DNA from: an uncultured virus (IMG/VR IMGVR_UViG_3300022198_000005)
Lineage: Duplodnaviria > Heunggongvirae > Uroviricota > Caudoviricetes
Reading direction: 5' to 3' (one strand)
Length of the DNA stretch: 64,000 nucleotides
Virus record (IMG/VR): IMGVR_UViG_3300022198_000005
Each line of letters opens with the position of its first letter. Positions within the stretch are counted from its first letter, which is position 1. Of the stretch, positions 1-8,333 are shown piece after piece. The position numbers and the translations under genes are program-made. Under the pieces are notes generated by a model, which saw only the letters and a list, made by a program, of their open reading frames with translations, was not told the origin of the DNA and ran no database searches.

Positions 1-140
1 TCCATACTACCAGACAGAGCCACGTTAATCATCGGCACCTCAGTAGGCACCATGTCTTTTTCATTGAAGAACTTAGACTTCGAAAGCACTTCTGTATGAG
101 CGACCTTCGAGTTCTTCTTTAGTTTGTCCATTATTCCCAT
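1..140 (-). CDS. uvsX: UvsX/RecA-like recombinase, N-terminal part (runs off the window)
   Basis: Read by hand: MGIMDKLKKNSKVAHTEVLSKSKFFNEKDMVPTEVPMINVALSGSM, matching the T4 UvsX N-terminus; GAGGA RBS and early promoter upstream. Confidence 0.9.
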   Translation of the reverse strand, partial: MGIMDKLKKNSKVAHTEVLSKSKFFNEKDMVPTEVPMINVALSGSM

Positions 141-166
141 ACACACATCCTCATCTGTAAAATGTC

Positions 167-195
167 ATTATACCATAAATGCGTCAAGTTGTACA
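167..195 (-). promoter_or_regulatory. T4-type early (sigma70) promoter for uvsX
   Basis: TGTACA-N17-TATAAT with TGG before the -10; the TAA doubles as the stop codon of the upstream gene. Confidence 0.8.
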
Positions 196-1196
196 CCCTC
201 TTCCTTCTTCACTTCTGTCCATTCTTTCCCTTGCCAATGGGGATAAGATGCCCTTGAAAGGTGAATTGACTGTGGCTTCTCCATGAATTCAAAATCCAAC
301 TCACCTTTTTTATTCTTTAACTTATCTACCCACTTGAAGACTGGAACATCACTTGACTCAAGCTCGTCCATAAAGTATTGACGTGCATCAGTTCGTTCTT
401 GCCATGACCCATAGAAAGGAGTGCCCTTATAGTTACCAGTCTTTGGTACCTTTCGGCTTGGATCTTCGATAGGTAGAAGTTCCCATAAAGTCACCTTTGC
501 AGAGTGTTTGTCTGCTAAGAACTCGGCTGCAGCAGTGTATCGATCCGCAAGATCCTTTGCCGCTTTCTTCACATCGTCATTTCGACACAAGTGATGACGA
601 ACGTCGATGTTACCAAAGTAGATCTCGATCTCTTTATAACTGCCTTCAGGTATGAAATGATCGAATCCCAACTTAATCGCACCATGTAAGGTCTTGAACG
701 GGGTGGAGACGTTCATCCATCCAGGTCGATACATGCAGATCGCATGACTGTCGCCGATTGAGATCCGATCATAACGCTTGACTAGGTTTGGATCTACAGT
801 CTTCGCTTGCTTTTCGATCTTGCGAAGATTTTGCCAATCCCAGTCGAATGACATGTTTGCTTTCTTCAAGCGTGCCTCAAACATGTCGCTATACTGAGGA
901 AAGTCGATGATGAGCGACTTCACTTCACCATTAAATCGAGACAGAGCACCAACAGTCTCTATGTTTTGATAGTTCTCTATACCGCCAAACAAGTTTAGGT
1001 TGCCGCTCCAATCAGAGCCATGATAAACATAGACTTCATCGAATGGAGTATAGTCAGTGATCTTCTTACTAGCAAGATTGATCGTGACATCAAGACCAGC
1101 GTGCTTTAGCTGATCTGCATAAATGATGGCTTGTGCAGCCTTATGCGAATAGATCTTGTCCGATATCGGACCTAGTCCCGTTAATAGTACTTTCAT
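168..1196 (-). CDS. Putative DNA-modification protein: beta-glucosyltransferase-like N-terminal domain plus SGNH-like domain
   Basis: N-terminus MKVLLTGLG..GLDV..FDEVYV..NLFGG resembles the T4 BGT N-domain; C-half has IGDSH, FGNID and SIHL motifs; start set at MKVLL. Confidence 0.5.
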   Translation of the reverse strand: MKVLLTGLGPISDKIYSHKAAQAIIYADQLKHAGLDVTINLASKKITDYTPFDEVYVYHGSDWSGNLNLFGGIENYQNIETVGALSRFNGEVKSLIIDFPQYSDMFEARLKKANMSFDWDWQNLRKIEKQAKTVDPNLVKRYDRISIGDSHAICMYRPGWMNVSTPFKTLHGAIKLGFDHFIPEGSYKEIEIYFGNIDVRHHLCRNDDVKKAAKDLADRYTAAAEFLADKHSAKVTLWELLPIEDPSRKVPKTGNYKGTPFYGSWQERTDARQYFMDELESSDVPVFKWVDKLKNKKGELDFEFMEKPQSIHLSRASYPHWQGKEWTEVKKEEGVQLDAFMV

Positions 1197-2085
1197 CTTT
1201 TTTCCACCCACGATATGAATCCACTCGATCGATGATCGATGAATCTTTCAATATAGGCTCAGTGCCTACGTTCCAAAACAACACGTCCTTACCAGAGTTC
1301 TTAGGGATATACCTCCAAGCTTTGCCATCATACGTAGCGACCGTAGGGAATGGAGGCATCTCTTCTTCCTTGATCGCTTGTGTGAAAGCTTCTGGCGCAG
1401 ATATGATGTTGCCATGACCAGTTTCACCTTCTTTCAAGTTACGTGCGACAGCAACCGCATGGAAGGTAGCGTTAGGCCATGCAATCTGCAGAGCTCGATG
1501 AAGTACACCAGTCGAGATCACTGTCCAGACTTCTTCTGGTTCAGGGATCTGAGATGCAACCTTTACGAAACCTGCAGTCACGAGTTCATGCTTCAAACCA
1601 AGCGGGATGAAAGCATGTCCTTCATGTTCTTCTGCGTATCGTTTAGCGATAGCATTTAAGTTGGGCATTGCAGCGATACGATGGAACTCCACTTCAGCTC
1701 CACGTTCAATACAACATGCCTGATGATGCGAGATCTTTTGGCTGCTTGGCATGAACAGCTTGACCTTCTTATTATGTCTCTTTGCCACATCTAAGATAGA
1801 CACACCAGCTAGACCAGTACGAGGCTGAACATATACGAGTGTCTCTTCTTTGATACGAGAGATGAGGCAGTCACCACCTCGAACCTTTGAACCGGTAAGT
1901 AAGTCATCACGTACGACTCGAACACCTTCATAAGTCTCTACGACAGGCGGTGGGTTTGGATCTTCCCAATCACCAGCAAGGTTCAAGTAATACTCGCGAG
2001 CATCATGACGAGTGTAGACACCTTCCATCAAAAGGTTGTCTACGTCTTTGTTACGATAGTCAATGATATGCTTGTCGTGCGACAT
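1141..2085 (-). CDS. PLP-dependent enzyme, fold type II (like phage DNA-hypermodification decarboxylases)
   Basis: VVRDDLLTGSKVRG (PLP lysine), ISTGV, TYDGKA and FWNVG motifs. Confidence 0.75.
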   Translation of the reverse strand: MSHDKHIIDYRNKDVDNLLMEGVYTRHDAREYYLNLAGDWEDPNPPPVVETYEGVRVVRDDLLTGSKVRGGDCLISRIKEETLVYVQPRTGLAGVSILDVAKRHNKKVKLFMPSSQKISHHQACCIERGAEVEFHRIAAMPNLNAIAKRYAEEHEGHAFIPLGLKHELVTAGFVKVASQIPEPEEVWTVISTGVLHRALQIAWPNATFHAVAVARNLKEGETGHGNIISAPEAFTQAIKEEEMPPFPTVATYDGKAWRYIPKNSGKDVLFWNVGTEPILKDSSIIDRVDSYRGWKKDESTINGTRSDIGQDLFA

Positions 2086-3064
2086 CTTTTTTCAGGCTAA
2101 ATTCATTAGGAAAGATCCAATCATACGGGATACGTTTAGTCGGTCTCTTTACTCCGTGAGTGATGGCGATATGCTTATAGAAGAAACACGTCTTGTCTTC
2201 TAAGTTGAGCCACATTTGTTCTTTGATTGGATTCTTTGGATGATTCGCTAGCTTCTGCATCTGCTCAACCCACATTATACCATAACCATTCGTAGGTGTA
2301 AACTTGCCTCTCTCGTCTAACTCGTACTTTACTTTGCCCATCAGATTCTTACCACCAAAGATCTGGTGTAGACCATCAAAGTGACCAGTGCCACCAAACA
2401 GTACAGAGTTTGGATCACAGATGTGAGGATATGCCATCGCGATATAACGTGCAAAGTTTTTGCATGGATACATCGGGTTGCGAAAGCCTTGGTTCTTTGC
2501 AAAGTAACCAGCCATCTCTTTTGCCAACTCCATCATTGTCCATGGTCTATCCTTACGAGTGAGGATATGATGCATATCATCAGCAGCTTTCTTCGGGCCA
2601 TCGATGATCCATTGCTTTACGTTTGTATCTTTTGGATAGTAGATCTGAAACAGGTCATTACGAGCATGACGCTGAGTCTCGAACCTCTTTTGTAGTCCTT
2701 CGTCTCCATGTTCAAGGAGAGTGGTGAAAGTTTTCCAGTGTTCATTCGTAAAGCTAAAGACGAGTGTGTACCACATACGCTTATGGTCGTCTTTTACTTC
2801 TTTCATCACGTCACAGAACGGGTGTTCATGCCAATGCAAACGATGAGAGAAGATTTGATAGTCTTCTTTGAGTAAGAGGTCTTCACGTTTATCGAACTTA
2901 TCACAGAACTCAAAGAACTTTTCAAAGCGTTGTTCCTGTGTCCAGCTCGACATCCACGAATCTTTTGGCTTGCCTTTAAAGTTGACCTCTACGAGGTCAG
3001 TGTTCGGGTACACAATGTTACGAGATGTGTCCTCAATGAAATGACTTAGTGTAGCGTTTTGCAT
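2060..3064 (-). CDS. aGPT-Pplase / amino acid:DNA transferase-like protein (paralog 2)
   Basis: GGTGHFDGL and LNLEDKTCFFYKH match the family's G-x-G-A-x-x-G and E-x-x-x-C-x-x-x-K motifs; paralogous to its neighbour. Confidence 0.55.
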   Translation of the reverse strand: MQNATLSHFIEDTSRNIVYPNTDLVEVNFKGKPKDSWMSSWTQEQRFEKFFEFCDKFDKREDLLLKEDYQIFSHRLHWHEHPFCDVMKEVKDDHKRMWYTLVFSFTNEHWKTFTTLLEHGDEGLQKRFETQRHARNDLFQIYYPKDTNVKQWIIDGPKKAADDMHHILTRKDRPWTMMELAKEMAGYFAKNQGFRNPMYPCKNFARYIAMAYPHICDPNSVLFGGTGHFDGLHQIFGGKNLMGKVKYELDERGKFTPTNGYGIMWVEQMQKLANHPKNPIKEQMWLNLEDKTCFFYKHIAITHGVKRPTKRIPYDWIFPNEFSLKKDVARQAYH

Positions 3065-4212
3065 AGTTCTTTATACTTATCAACTGTCATATCACACTGC
3101 TTTAAGATCGTGTCGTCTGAAGGATGATGCTTTAGGTTATTAAACGTACTCACTAGACCAAGCTCAAGCATTGCCTTTTGTCGACCAAACGGATGATCTT
3201 TGATACGAGATGATGACCATACTTCATCTAAGTTGATATGAGAGTAGTGTGCACCAGGACGTACATAGTTCTCAACCCATCGGATAAAGTCACAGCATAC
3301 ATCTTCAGCATTATATGGATATGCACCAGTGTCTTCGTATATCTTCATCATCACTGCATCAAGGAACTCTTCCTTCTTCATCTTCTGAGTCGGCTTGGCA
3401 AGGTACGAGATACACTCAACTGCGTTTGTTCCATAGTAGAACGGTGATTCTTTATTTACGTATGCAGGATACCAGTCAGCGATGTCTGCAACGACTGCCG
3501 CATATTGAAAGATATATCGACGTAGGCCGTTTCTTTCGTTCCACTGACCCATCCACTCACCTACTTCACGCAGGTCCTTCTTCTTATCTGAAGACTGTAG
3601 CCACTCAGCAAGTTCTCTTGCCAGTCGTGGTGCATACTCGCCTAAGTAGTAGTCACCACCCTTCTTATAGTCTCCTTGCGGCTTAGGAAATGCAGGGAAC
3701 TGATAGCCGACAGAAGTATAGAATGGTTCACGATGCTTCTTCATGTACCATACCATCTCTTCGATCGTACGTGCTTTATGTAGTACGAACAGCAGCGTGT
3801 TATGATAACCTGATGGCTTGGTCGCATAGTTGATCGCAGATCCAGTCACACGATGTAAGATGAAGAGGTACAACCATTCAGGTAAGTCAAAGTCTTTATG
3901 CTTACCAGTCCAGTTATTTGCAACGACTTCACGCTGTTGAGTGACCTTGCCTGCTCTCATCTTCTCCCAATATGGATGTCCATAGCTCCATCCATAAAAG
4001 CAGTCATTCACGATCTGAGAGAAACCAGCATACTTACGTTCCACCACATCATACAGCTCGATGTTCTCCATCAAGTCGTCGTTCATGTTAGACTCGAGGT
4101 GCGGGATCATGCCATAAGGAGCAGTATCACTTACGTTGCATTTTTTCTGTTGATCAAGCGCCATGTTATAATAGCGCAAGTATTCATCATAATACTGTGT
4201 GGTTTCTATCAT
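3046..4212 (-). CDS. aGPT-Pplase / amino acid:DNA transferase-like protein (paralog 1)
   Basis: YDVVERKYAGFS, FQYAAVVADIADW, YGTNA and NAEDVCCDFIRW follow the family motif order. Confidence 0.6.
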   Translation of the reverse strand: MIETTQYYDEYLRYYNMALDQQKKCNVSDTAPYGMIPHLESNMNDDLMENIELYDVVERKYAGFSQIVNDCFYGWSYGHPYWEKMRAGKVTQQREVVANNWTGKHKDFDLPEWLYLFILHRVTGSAINYATKPSGYHNTLLFVLHKARTIEEMVWYMKKHREPFYTSVGYQFPAFPKPQGDYKKGGDYYLGEYAPRLARELAEWLQSSDKKKDLREVGEWMGQWNERNGLRRYIFQYAAVVADIADWYPAYVNKESPFYYGTNAVECISYLAKPTQKMKKEEFLDAVMMKIYEDTGAYPYNAEDVCCDFIRWVENYVRPGAHYSHINLDEVWSSSRIKDHPFGRQKAMLELGLVSTFNNLKHHPSDDTILKQCDMTVDKYKELCKTLH

Positions 4213-4663
4213 ACAAATATTGTTTCAGCGACTCTAACATCGCGAGCTCATAGTCTTTGCTGTTCAAGTTTCGATTGCGGGGAGAAGGATGGTCAATCTT
4301 GTAAGTATCTATCGAATACTTCTTACATGCACGTTCTACAAACCCGCCAAGGGAGATGACTACTTTTTTGTCTTGTACTGCAATAATTAGTGCAGTCTTA
4401 TCAACGTCTTTCAAGTCATAAGAGTTGATCTTATGTGGGATCACGTTATGAAAGTCCCAGGCCTCTACACCAACATAGTCCATCCACTTCTTGAGCCGAG
4501 CAAACGTACCGTTGACCGATGGTGTAGTCTTGCTCGAAGGACATTGACCAAGTACGATGATGTCAGAGTTCGTATCATGACCAGGCAAGAAGTCTAAGAC
4601 GTCTCTACCTTTACGCCCGCTTCCTCGAGTAATTCTTTCGCTTCTTTGCATGACTCTTGCCAC
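4187..4663 (-). CDS. Uracil-DNA glycosylase-superfamily protein (start uncertain)
   Basis: Motif A LGQCPS and motif B HPSPRN. Confidence 0.65.
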   Translation of the reverse strand: MARVMQRSERITRGSGRKGRDVLDFLPGHDTNSDIIVLGQCPSSKTTPSVNGTFARLKKWMDYVGVEAWDFHNVIPHKINSYDLKDVDKTALIIAVQDKKVVISLGGFVERACKKYSIDTYKIDHPSPRNRNLNSKDYELAMLESLKQYLYDRNHTVL

Positions 4664-5076
4664 TTTTCAGGTACCTCCATCTTTGCAGTCACTACTTTCT
4701 TGATGCCAACTTGAATCACACCCTTTGCACATTCAAGACAAACTGGCAATCCAGAAACATACAGCGTTGAACCGTCAAGCGATACTCCGTTATAAGTGGC
4801 ATTATAGATGGCGTTCATCTCAGCGTGAACGATGAACTTATACTTTGTGGCTCGATCATCAAGCCTTTCAGTAGTATCCTGGATACCACGAGGAAATCCG
4901 TTATAGCCTTGTGATAGTACTTGCCCTTTGTTGCCTATTACTACTGCACCGACTTTGGTGGATGGATCTTTTGACCAAGAAGAGATGTCTTTGGCAAGTC
5001 GTAAGTATCGACCATCCCATTTTTCATCGTTCGACGGTTGGTAAGTCTGAGGCGAACCAAAATATAAGTCAATCAT
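4594..5076 (-). CDS. cd: dCMP deaminase
   Basis: SKDPSTKVGAV, GYNG, HAE and PVCLEC zinc motifs; start set at MIDLYF. Confidence 0.92.
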   Translation of the reverse strand: MIDLYFGSPQTYQPSNDEKWDGRYLRLAKDISSWSKDPSTKVGAVVIGNKGQVLSQGYNGFPRGIQDTTERLDDRATKYKFIVHAEMNAIYNATYNGVSLDGSTLYVSGLPVCLECAKGVIQVGIKKVVTAKMEVPEKWQESCKEAKELLEEAGVKVETS

Positions 5077-5953
5077 AAAATTCCCGATTAGGTCTCCAAT
5101 TAAAGTCATCAGAAGATATGCCATTCACACTGAACTTGATCTCTTTGTAATGATCTGCATCCCACGTCTTACTACCTTTCGCTCCTCCCGATTGCAATGG
5201 CATGTTACGATCAGTATCATAATAATAGTGCGAATGCTCTTCAGCGTCTTTCTCTCCTTCGACTAGATGGAAATGACGTTCATACACATGAAGGTTTTGA
5301 ACTTGCCAATAGATGTCGCCGAGTTGAAGCTCAGGCTCATATTGAAAACGTTCATCATCTTTTGATAGCCTTACTTCATTCAGGTCATCAAGTAAGTGCT
5401 GAAGTACAAATCCTTGCCACGCATAGTCATTCTTATAACCAAACACAACGTCATTCGAACGCATCTGTACCACACAGTTAAGTTTATTGTCTCTAATATA
5501 GTATGTCACTGAGTTAGTACAGATGAAGTCATTCTTACCATCTTCATTGTATTCAACCCAGATCGAAGGACGAGTATAGATCATCGATGCACGACGAGAG
5601 TCTGGATTATTACGCAGCTCATTAAAGACTTGCTCGTACTGTTCGTAGTACTTCTTTGAGAGGATCAGATGACCATAGTTAGAGTTGATTTCTCCATATT
5701 GGTTTGCTGTGGCTTGCCATGCCGCAGGAATTTTTTCACCACCAATATCATTAACGTTGGTCGACTGGTTCATGTACCAGTCAATCTCGCGATCGATATA
5801 TTCTTGGTTAGGTGTACCAAAGATGGCAGGTTCTGTGGCTTTGAAGCATGCACCTAACAACTCAATGGTCTTTGCACCAGTGCGGTCGATGGTAAACTTC
5901 TGATCTTTCAGAGCTTGCTTGAAGTGTTTACGGATGTCAGTTACGTTTTGCAT
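5069..5953 (-). CDS. gp42: dCMP hydroxymethylase (thymidylate synthase fold)
   Basis: Collinear with T4 gp42: DRTGAKTIE, GEINSNYG, NPDSRR, DFICTN (catalytic Cys), MRSNDVVFGYKNDYAWQ (dCMP-specifying Asp), LHVY. Confidence 0.92.
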   Translation of the reverse strand: MQNVTDIRKHFKQALKDQKFTIDRTGAKTIELLGACFKATEPAIFGTPNQEYIDREIDWYMNQSTNVNDIGGEKIPAAWQATANQYGEINSNYGHLILSKKYYEQYEQVFNELRNNPDSRRASMIYTRPSIWVEYNEDGKNDFICTNSVTYYIRDNKLNCVVQMRSNDVVFGYKNDYAWQGFVLQHLLDDLNEVRLSKDDERFQYEPELQLGDIYWQVQNLHVYERHFHLVEGEKDAEEHSHYYYDTDRNMPLQSGGAKGSKTWDADHYKEIKFSVNGISSDDFNWRPNREFYD

Positions 5954-5959
5954 GTTGAT

Positions 5960-5988
5960 ATTATACCATAGATGTTAGCGCATGTACA
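5960..5988 (-). promoter_or_regulatory. T4-type early promoter for gp42 (probably leaderless)
   Basis: TGTACA-N17-TATAAT, 6 nt before the ATG. Confidence 0.8.
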
Positions 5989-6784
5989 CAATCTTTTGAT
6001 CTTTTTCCCGATCATCAAGGTCATACCCAGCCCTAACCTTATTATTCGCCTCAATGGCGGAGTTCAAAACTGTTAGATGTTCACTAAAGTTAACAAAAGC
6101 CTGAGTATCTTTGGGGAAACAGGCTCCACCAAATCCCATCTTACCATCAAATCCAGGAACTTTCGTATGACCTCGGCCGATCCGTGGATCAGCACCTACA
6201 GCGTTTACGATATGATTAAAGTTGTAGCCATTATCCAAACACATCTGATAGATCTGGTTGAAGAATGTAACTTTCGTGGCAAGGAACGAGTTGATCGTGT
6301 ACTTGACGACAGATGCTTCTTCAAGAGATAGCTTATAAGATGGGCACGGGTTACATAAGCTATACTGATGATAGTAACGTTCAAGTTGGTTGACAGAGTG
6401 CACTTCGCCTCCAAAGATATGGAAAGGCGGGTCGATAAACTGCTCTGCTGCAGACTTCTCTGTCAAGAACTCTGGATTATAGACGATCGTCGAGTTACGA
6501 TATTCGCGAAGCACATGAGGAGGAACCGTCGACTTGATCGCGACAGATCCGAACTTCATGAAGCCTCGTTGCCTGAGCTCATCCATCACCGATCGGAAGA
6601 TCGTGAAGTCTTCGTAGGGTGTCGGCACACAGATGAAGATCAGCTCAGTGTCTAAGTCGATGTCTTTGACCGATGTGTTATATTTTGGATCAATGAGCTG
6701 CTTCTTCACAGAAGGATGACTAAAGCCATAGTCTACAGCTTTGCCCACAAAGCCATGGCCGATGATAGCAAGTTTAAACTTCAT
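5975..6784 (-). CDS. UDP-glucose/GDP-mannose 6-dehydrogenase family, short form
   Basis: GHGFVG, CVPTP, KSTVPP, NPEFL and GFGGACFPKD motifs; lacks the usual C-terminal domain. Confidence 0.88.
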   Translation of the reverse strand: MKFKLAIIGHGFVGKAVDYGFSHPSVKKQLIDPKYNTSVKDIDLDTELIFICVPTPYEDFTIFRSVMDELRQRGFMKFGSVAIKSTVPPHVLREYRNSTIVYNPEFLTEKSAAEQFIDPPFHIFGGEVHSVNQLERYYHQYSLCNPCPSYKLSLEEASVVKYTINSFLATKVTFFNQIYQMCLDNGYNFNHIVNAVGADPRIGRGHTKVPGFDGKMGFGGACFPKDTQAFVNFSEHLTVLNSAIEANNKVRAGYDLDDREKDQKIVYMR

Positions 6785-7484
6785 TGAGGAAATCATTTAC
6801 AGTAACCTTACAGCGCCAACCCATGGCTTCGAGGAGCTCAATGTCCTTTTTGTTAGCACATGTACGTAGTCTTTCATAAGGTTGACCTTCCTTTACTGGT
6901 AAGTGAGGAGCGATCGATGATACCTTGACAGGTTTGCCAGTACCGATATCGATTGGACCTCTATGCGTTGAATAGAGTAGAAGGTGGATCGCTTCTACGA
7001 CGTCAGTGATATGTATAAAATCTCTTTCATGATCTGTCACAAACTCGAGTACACCGCGTTGTAACTTATCAAAGAACATACCGGGGCGGGCAGGATTACT
7101 GTACACGGTATGGAATCGCATGAAGCACACGTTAGTATGAGGGATACTCTCGATCACATGCTTTGATGCTGCATAGGGATTTAAGTGTGGTTCATACTGA
7201 GAGCTAGACCCCGCAACAAGGACACGTGAGTTAGGATAAGAAGCTAAGATTCTCTTCGTGCCTTCAACGTTGTTCATCCAATACTTTTTCGGGTCTTCAA
7301 TGCTTGGTAACACTCCAGCATTAGCAGCGAGATGAATCACCCAGTCAGCACGCGGTAGCTCGCAAGTAAGGATGTCGTTTCCTTCCTTGATGTCCAAACC
7401 AATGACCTGATGGCCTTTACGTTTTAATGTCTTGCAAAGCTCTGAGCCAATAAAGCCTGCTGAACCAGTGACTACGATCTTCAT
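6774..7484 (-). CDS. NAD-dependent epimerase/dehydratase
   Basis: TGSAGFIG, HLAA and YAASK (YxxxK) motifs. Confidence 0.9.
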   Translation of the reverse strand: MKIVVTGSAGFIGSELCKTLKRKGHQVIGLDIKEGNDILTCELPRADWVIHLAANAGVLPSIEDPKKYWMNNVEGTKRILASYPNSRVLVAGSSSQYEPHLNPYAASKHVIESIPHTNVCFMRFHTVYSNPARPGMFFDKLQRGVLEFVTDHERDFIHITDVVEAIHLLLYSTHRGPIDIGTGKPVKVSSIAPHLPVKEGQPYERLRTCANKKDIELLEAMGWRCKVTVNDFLNEV

Positions 7485-7825
7485 TCTTCTGCTTTCTTCG
7501 CTTTACGATTTAAGAAGTCACGTGTAGGATCTTGACCGTCGATACCTTTACGACACCATGCAACAACGAAAGATGCATAGTTGATTAGGTCTTTGGCAGA
7601 ATCTTCGAGCGATTCAAAGTTAGGCTCATAGTTCGGATCATGTTCCATCGCTTCAATGACAGACCACATACGAAGGGTCTTGGCATTGATGAGGTCCATG
7701 AGCGATGCTACACCACGAGGATAGTAGTCAGCTTGACGAACACGTGAGTTTTCGTTCTGATAATCACGAGACTTTTTCTGTTGGACTTCTGCACATTCTT
7801 GCAGCACTTTAAGGGATTCACGCAT
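7481..7825 (-). CDS. Nucleotide-modification-associated domain 1 (DUF1599-like) helical pyrophosphatase-fold protein
   Basis: KKSRDY...K-x-LR...ESLEDSAKDLINY pattern; GGAGG RBS before MRESL. Confidence 0.7.
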   Translation of the reverse strand: MRESLKVLQECAEVQQKKSRDYQNENSRVRQADYYPRGVASLMDLINAKTLRMWSVIEAMEHDPNYEPNFESLEDSAKDLINYASFVVAWCRKGIDGQDPTRDFLNRKAKKAEE

Positions 7826-8333
7826 ATTCTTTACCTCCAAACTCATTATACCACATCTTATTCACACACTCCCAATTATTTTTCTCGTCTGACCATTGAT
7901 AAAAACCGTGGCACGTGTACTCATCATAATAACGAGTGAATAGTATGACATGGTCAGCAATCTTTTGCCTCCACTGTACACGTCTGCGCCAAAGCTTGGT
8001 GAAGGTATCTCTGATCCTTTGGTTCATAGCTGACACTCCGCCATAGGTACTGACAGTCTTCACTTCGACATGGAAACCATCTGGGTGCAAGACGTCCATG
8101 TACTTCTCATCAAAGTTAGTATAACCTTTATGCTCAGTCAACCAGTGTTCTGCTACGAGACCATCACGAGTGTTCTTCAACACGGTCTCAGGATCACGCC
8201 TTTCACTGATAGGTTTTTTGAGTTCGCCTTCAAGGAACATAACGTATTCTGCTTGCGCATGATCTTCGAGCGCTATCTTATCTACGTCATTAATGGTAAA
8301 GACATCACCGAGGCGTACTTTATAATCAATCAT
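7818..8333 (-). CDS. Putative PD-(D/E)XK nuclease
   Basis: GLVAE...YMDV...HVEVK motif arrangement. Confidence 0.5.
   Translation of the reverse strand: MIDYKVRLGDVFTINDVDKIALEDHAQAEYVMFLEGELKKPISERRDPETVLKNTRDGLVAEHWLTEHKGYTNFDEKYMDVLHPDGFHVEVKTVSTYGGVSAMNQRIRDTFTKLWRRRVQWRQKIADHVILFTRYYDEYTCHGFYQWSDEKNNWECVNKMWYNEFGGKEYA

Noticed and set aside
5069..5953. Thymidylate synthase or dUMP hydroxymethylase assignment
   Set aside because: The specificity position is Asp (NDYAWQ) as in T4 gp42, not the Asn of dUMP-specific enzymes
7845..7873. TGTGGTATAAT as a full early promoter
   Set aside because: Only the extended -10 is present, with no T(G/T)TACA at 17-bp spacing; not listed as a feature
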